DNA of 30,818 nucleotides from a virus (Duplodnaviria; Heunggongvirae; Uroviricota; Caudoviricetes): IMG/VR virus record IMGVR_UViG_2565956711_000013, positions 1 to 30,818 of that record; one strand, 5' to 3'. Shown piece by piece: positions 27,339 to 30,818 of this stretch (position 1 is its first letter; each line of letters starts with the position of its first letter). The notes under the pieces were generated by a model. It saw only the letters and a program-made list of their open reading frames with translations, ran no database searches and was not told where the DNA came from. The position numbers and the translations under genes were made by a program.

Positions 27339-28148
27339 TCAATGAACGGTATCGAGCAGCTTTAACAGCTCAGGGAATCGGGATTCGAAGAAATGCGGCT
27401 GCGTCTCGCGCGGATTTGCGGGACTGGTGATGTTCTTGCCGAACATGCAGCCTTTCGCTGTCAGCGACCAGAATTTTTTGATGTTGTTAATCGCGGTACG
27501 GCTGTATCGTTCGCGCTGCTCGACGATCCCCAGCTTCACCATCTGGTGATATGCCTGATTAGCCGTCAGGCGGATACCATACTGCTTCAGCAGTGCACTC
27601 AGTGACAGCGTGGGGCGGCTTGAACCATCAGGCGCGTCAGCAGGAGCATCAATGGCATAGCGCGGTGCCAGATTCGGTAAGCCAACAGCCTCCTGGAGTT
27701 TCTGACAGGCACCAAGCACTGAAGAGTTAGACAGGTTTAATTCCCGGCGCATAAAGTCCAGCAGGATCACGCCAGCCTGCATCTTGTCAGCAGCCTGCCC
27801 GGATAATTTTTCCGGTGTGCTGGTTACCATATCGAAAGTACGGATCACCTTCAGATGGAATGACGGGCTGATCCACATTGCATAGGCATACACCAGTTCC
27901 TTACAGACATACGTTCCCCGTTCATTTCCCCCATGAATCACACTCACCGGGTCAACACCCAAATTCTGGGTGTTGGTTAATTCATGAACAAGCTCAACAG
28001 TTTGTTGGCTGGAAAGAAACTTTCCTGGCTCCTTGGTTCTGGCATTTGCACCAGATGCTACTGCTGCGCGATGCAGATCGTTCAGGCTGTAACGCCCATA
28101 AGCATCACGACGAACTTCAATACCATCAATAACCATCAGATTATTCAT
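27339..28148 (-). CDS. KilA-N domain protein
   Basis: 269 aa; N-terminal region resembles KilA-N DNA-binding domains; C-terminal domain unassigned. Confidence 0.6.
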   Translation of the reverse strand: MNNLMVIDGIEVRRDAYGRYSLNDLHRAAVASGANARTKEPGKFLSSQQTVELVHELTNTQNLGVDPVSVIHGGNERGTYVCKELVYAYAMWISPSFHLKVIRTFDMVTSTPEKLSGQAADKMQAGVILLDFMRRELNLSNSSVLGACQKLQEAVGLPNLAPRYAIDAPADAPDGSSRPTLSLSALLKQYGIRLTANQAYHQMVKLGIVEQRERYSRTAINNIKKFWSLTAKGCMFGKNITSPANPRETQPHFFESRFPELLKLLDTVH

Positions 28149-28167
28149 ACTTCGTTTCTCCTCTTAA

Positions 28168-28557
28168 TCAGGCGGCTGCACCCGCCGTTTTCTCGTACTT
28201 ACTGATAGTGATTTCGACCTTCCCTTCCGGGATAACCGGCCCCCACTCCACCAGCATTCTTTTCACCTGGCTGTCGTCCACCCACACACCCGCGTGGGTC
28301 AGGGCGTCAAACAGCGCCTTGTTATAGTTGTCCAGATCGCGAAGCCGGTTATCCGGAGGAAACAACACGATCTCCACTGAAGCTGGTGCCGACGTTGGTT
28401 TCGGCAGACGACGTAACTGCTCAATGATGGCTGCACACGCTGCGCTCTGGAATTTTCGCCCCGCCGCGCTTATCAGGCTCTTACCTGCAAGCGCCCCTTT
28501 GTTGGGGTGTCGCCAGTACGTGTTCACGCTGGGCGGAAAAGGCAGTATTAGCTTCAT
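28168..28557 (-). CDS. RusA-family Holliday junction resolvase
   Basis: 129 aa; pattern PPSVNTYWRH...RDLDNYNKALFDALTHAGVWVDDSQV parallels E. coli RusA, including the catalytic Asp-containing DLDN motif. Confidence 0.8.
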   Translation of the reverse strand: MKLILPFPPSVNTYWRHPNKGALAGKSLISAAGRKFQSAACAAIIEQLRRLPKPTSAPASVEIVLFPPDNRLRDLDNYNKALFDALTHAGVWVDDSQVKRMLVEWGPVIPEGKVEITISKYEKTAGAAA

Positions 28558-28880
28558 ACTTTCAGGCCCCTCTCATGTAACCAGTGGGCTGCACGCAGCC
28601 TGGCGTTTGCCTCACCGGCAAGCAGTGCGCGGATAATCCCGACCGCCTCGCTGTCGTCGTCCTTCACCGCGGTATGAAGCGTGATGCCCCGGGCCACGCC
28701 ACGCTTTATCGTGATGACGCCTTTTTTCTCCAGTGCGCGAAGATGCTCCACCGCTGCATTCACTGAACGGTATCCCAGCATGGTTGCCACCTCCTGATTG
28801 GTTGGCGGGAAGCCACGTTCTTTCTGATAAGAAATCAGCATATCCAGCACCTGCTGCTGGCATTGAGTTAACGTCGTCAT
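28554..28880 (-). CDS. LexA N-terminal DNA-binding-domain homolog with no peptidase domain, 108 aa
   Basis: Aligns by eye to the LexA winged-helix domain (LTQCQQQVLDML...GFPPTNQEVATMLGYRSVNAAVEHLRALEKKGVI versus LexA LTARQQEVFDLI...[34 protein letters not shown]); too short for the S24 autocleavage domain; start and stop overlap neighbours as ATGA. Confidence 0.7.
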   Translation of the reverse strand: MTTLTQCQQQVLDMLISYQKERGFPPTNQEVATMLGYRSVNAAVEHLRALEKKGVITIKRGVARGITLHTAVKDDDSEAVGIIRALLAGEANARLRAAHWLHERGLKV

Positions 28881-29530
28881 GCCGCCATCTCCCTGACCAG
28901 TTTTTCTGCCTGCTGGCGAACCTGCGCCAGAAAGGCCTCACCACATGCCTCAAGTTCATCGCGCCCGATGTAGCTGATTGCCGGTCCCTTCCAGGTCTTG
29001 TCGAAAACAGCAATAGCACCAGCGAAGAAAGCTCCTGTCGGCACCTGCTTCTCATCCTTCGGGATAAACCAGGCAGGCAGTTCAAAACCAATACGCCCGC
29101 GAATAAAAGCAATATGATCTGCATCTTCCGGCCACCACACTTCGCTGGTGGCAGCTTTGATCAGGAAAACATAGCGCCCGCCTTTATCACGCATGGCACT
29201 GGCATGCTTCATGATGTAACGCATGCCGGTGATGTATTGCCCCTCATGCTGACTGGCGCGGCTGTATGGGGGATTACCAAAGGCAGCACCTTTAAGCTCC
29301 GCAAGGCGTTCTGACCAGTCATGCGCCAGCGCGTTGTCTTCCGCCGTGTAATACGCAGCACATTTGGCGTTATCACCGTCAGTGAACAGATCCAGAACAA
29401 ACGGGCCAAACAGGGTGTTAATTCCCCAGAAAATGTTGTCCGGCGTGCGCCACTGATCGCCCACTTCCTTCAGTTCATGGGCTGGTTTGTTCCGCAGTTC
29501 CGCCAGCGCCTGGCAATATTTATTACTCAT
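28877..29530 (-). CDS. Phage DNA N6-adenine methyltransferase
   Basis: Track ORF 28877..29563; likely start ATG 29528-29530 overlapping the upstream stop (TAATG); motif IV-like GNPPYS. Confidence 0.75.
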   Translation of the reverse strand: MSNKYCQALAELRNKPAHELKEVGDQWRTPDNIFWGINTLFGPFVLDLFTDGDNAKCAAYYTAEDNALAHDWSERLAELKGAAFGNPPYSRASQHEGQYITGMRYIMKHASAMRDKGGRYVFLIKAATSEVWWPEDADHIAFIRGRIGFELPAWFIPKDEKQVPTGAFFAGAIAVFDKTWKGPAISYIGRDELEACGEAFLAQVRQQAEKLVREMAA

Positions 29531-30024
29531 TAAGCCCCCACGTAATTCCCTGAGAGATACCACTCTTCACCTGATGCAGCCCGCTTACTGCTTTTCCGTA
29601 AACACCGTTCACGACGCGCCAGAAAATTGTTTCGTTCTGGCTGGGAGTGGCTTTCACGGAATGCCGCCATCCACACCGTTGCAGCACGACGGTATAAGCC
29701 CCTCGACTCCAGTTCTTCAGCCTGGCGGGTCAGGCACAAAATCACCCGGGGGTCGTTAGTGCCGACATAGAACTTGCGCACAGGTCTGGTTTCACGAACT
29801 GGTTGTGGTTCCGGCTCCTGCGCTCTCTCAGTCAGGCGCGAGAAATGTCTGCGTGTATCTCCTTCACAACGGTGAGCCACACGCCCACTCTGACGTAACT
29901 TGCTTGCTGACTGCAGAACGCGCTGCCGTGAGTAACCTGCAAAAGCATCCGCAATGTCTCCGGAAGTACACCCCGGATGGGCTTCAATGAATTTCTGAAC
30001 TTCATTCAAAAGACTCATGATCAC
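29530..30024 (-). CDS. ANR/PerC-like regulator with N-terminal extension
   Basis: 164 aa; the C-terminal half (AEELESRGLYRRAATVWMAAF...RRERCLRKS) resembles the PerC/Pch-type regulator motif. Confidence 0.5.
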   Translation of the reverse strand: MIMSLLNEVQKFIEAHPGCTSGDIADAFAGYSRQRVLQSASKLRQSGRVAHRCEGDTRRHFSRLTERAQEPEPQPVRETRPVRKFYVGTNDPRVILCLTRQAEELESRGLYRRAATVWMAAFRESHSQPERNNFLARRERCLRKSSKRAASGEEWYLSGNYVGA

Positions 30025-30818
30025 CCCCTGAATCCTGCCGGGATCTGGCTGTAGTCCACGTTGTCGTAACTGGATTTGAAGTACGGATCTTCACGTTTTT
30101 CTGTGTATGTGCTGACGGACGGCGATAAGCGCAGGGAAAGCTCATCCCATTTTTCCCGCAGCTTCGACGGGCTGAGCACGTTACGGCACCAGAACGGATC
30201 GCGGCTGACGCGGCTGTACATCTCGCAGATTTGTTTGTGAGTACGACCATCCTGCACACACATCAGGCGAATTTCGTTTGCCCAGGCTGTCCAGTTCGGT
30301 TCTTTGGGACGAACCACCTCGCCGTCACATTCGGCAGCCTGCTCGTACAGGGCGATGATTTTTTTCCAGAGCCACTGTGCGCAGGTCAAATCATCCTGCG
30401 TCCCCCACTGGCGTTTTTTAGGGCTGAATACAACCGCATCAGGATGGCGAGTTAAAAAATCCTGTTCAGCCGTCTGCGTGTCCGGTTGCGAAGCGTCCGG
30501 ACGAGAAGGTTTTTTATCTGACGGATCATGTTTTGATTTTACTGACGGATCCCCGCCAGATTCTGACGGGTGAAAACCCGCTTTTTTGCCAGATTTCGAC
30601 GCATCAAATTTTGACGGGTCAGATTTTGATGCGTCAGATTTTGACGGGTCAGAATCTGACAGTTGAGAAAATGCCGCTGCCTGAAGCTTCGCAACGTTAA
30701 GCTGATAAACATTCGACGCATTGCGGTTACCCTGGCGACGCGCCTTACGCGTTAACCAGCCTTCTGCTTCCAGCCGTGCGATAGCCGTTCTGACGGTACT
30801 CATCCCCGCGCCAATCTG
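30021..30818 (-). CDS. Replication initiator-like protein (5'-truncated by the window) with internal iteron-encoded linker
   Basis: The frame stays open to the window edge upstream of the track's Met at 30803; an HTH-like N-terminal segment, a low-complexity repeat linker (SDSDPSKSDASKSDPSKFDASKS) encoded by tandem DNA repeats, and a C-terminal domain; architecture parallels lambda O. Confidence 0.45.
   Translation of the reverse strand, partial: QIGAGMSTVRTAIARLEAEGWLTRKARRQGNRNASNVYQLNVAKLQAAAFSQLSDSDPSKSDASKSDPSKFDASKSGKKAGFHPSESGGDPSVKSKHDPSDKKPSRPDASQPDTQTAEQDFLTRHPDAVVFSPKKRQWGTQDDLTCAQWLWKKIIALYEQAAECDGEVVRPKEPNWTAWANEIRLMCVQDGRTHKQICEMYSRVSRDPFWCRNVLSPSKLREKWDELSLRLSPSVSTYTEKREDPYFKSSYDNVDYSQIPAGFRG
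30516..30662. repeat. Iteron-like tandem repeats (putative origin of replication) inside the initiator gene
   Basis: About 8 copies of (T)TGACGG / TGATGCG cores, including three near-perfect 15-bp units gtcagattttgaYgSg at 30616-30660; cores form short dyads (TGACGGGTCA). Confidence 0.5.

Noticed and set aside
28733-29314. 193-aa plus-strand ORF antisense to the methyltransferase and LexA-like genes
   Set aside because: The minus-strand genes have family-level motifs (NPPY, LexA winged helix) and are translationally coupled; the plus-strand frame is a shadow ORF.
30516-30662. Tandem repeats considered as a possible CRISPR array
   Set aside because: The period is about 15 bp with no unique spacers, the repeats are in frame within a coding sequence, and no leader or cas genes are present; an iteron array fits better.

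Overview
The window holds a short host flank (pspG and dusA, 1..1579) followed by the left ~29 kb of a mosaic prophage inserted at the 5' end of dusA, running past the window's right edge. No tools were run, so every call rests on reading the sequence and ORF track and on recalled family features. After a plus-strand dusA-type tyrosine integrase and an SOS-box-controlled DinI-like gene, all modules lie on the minus strand. From low to high coordinates these are: a Mu-like contractile tail (fiber, baseplate, DNA-circulation protein, tape measure, frameshifted chaperone, tube, sheath); an HK97-like head (capsid, protease, portal, terminase, HNH); a lysis cassette; a Q antiterminator with a tR'-like terminator; a translationally coupled nin-like operon; and a 5'-truncated replication initiator carrying iterons. 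The best candidates for something undescribed are small islands that the phage backbone does not explain: an AT-rich secreted-protein gene wedged into the tail operon, an opposite-strand island between the lysis and packaging genes, and a LexA DNA-binding-domain-only protein that may pair with the SOS boxes at the DinI-like gene. None of these small proteins matched a family I could recognise.
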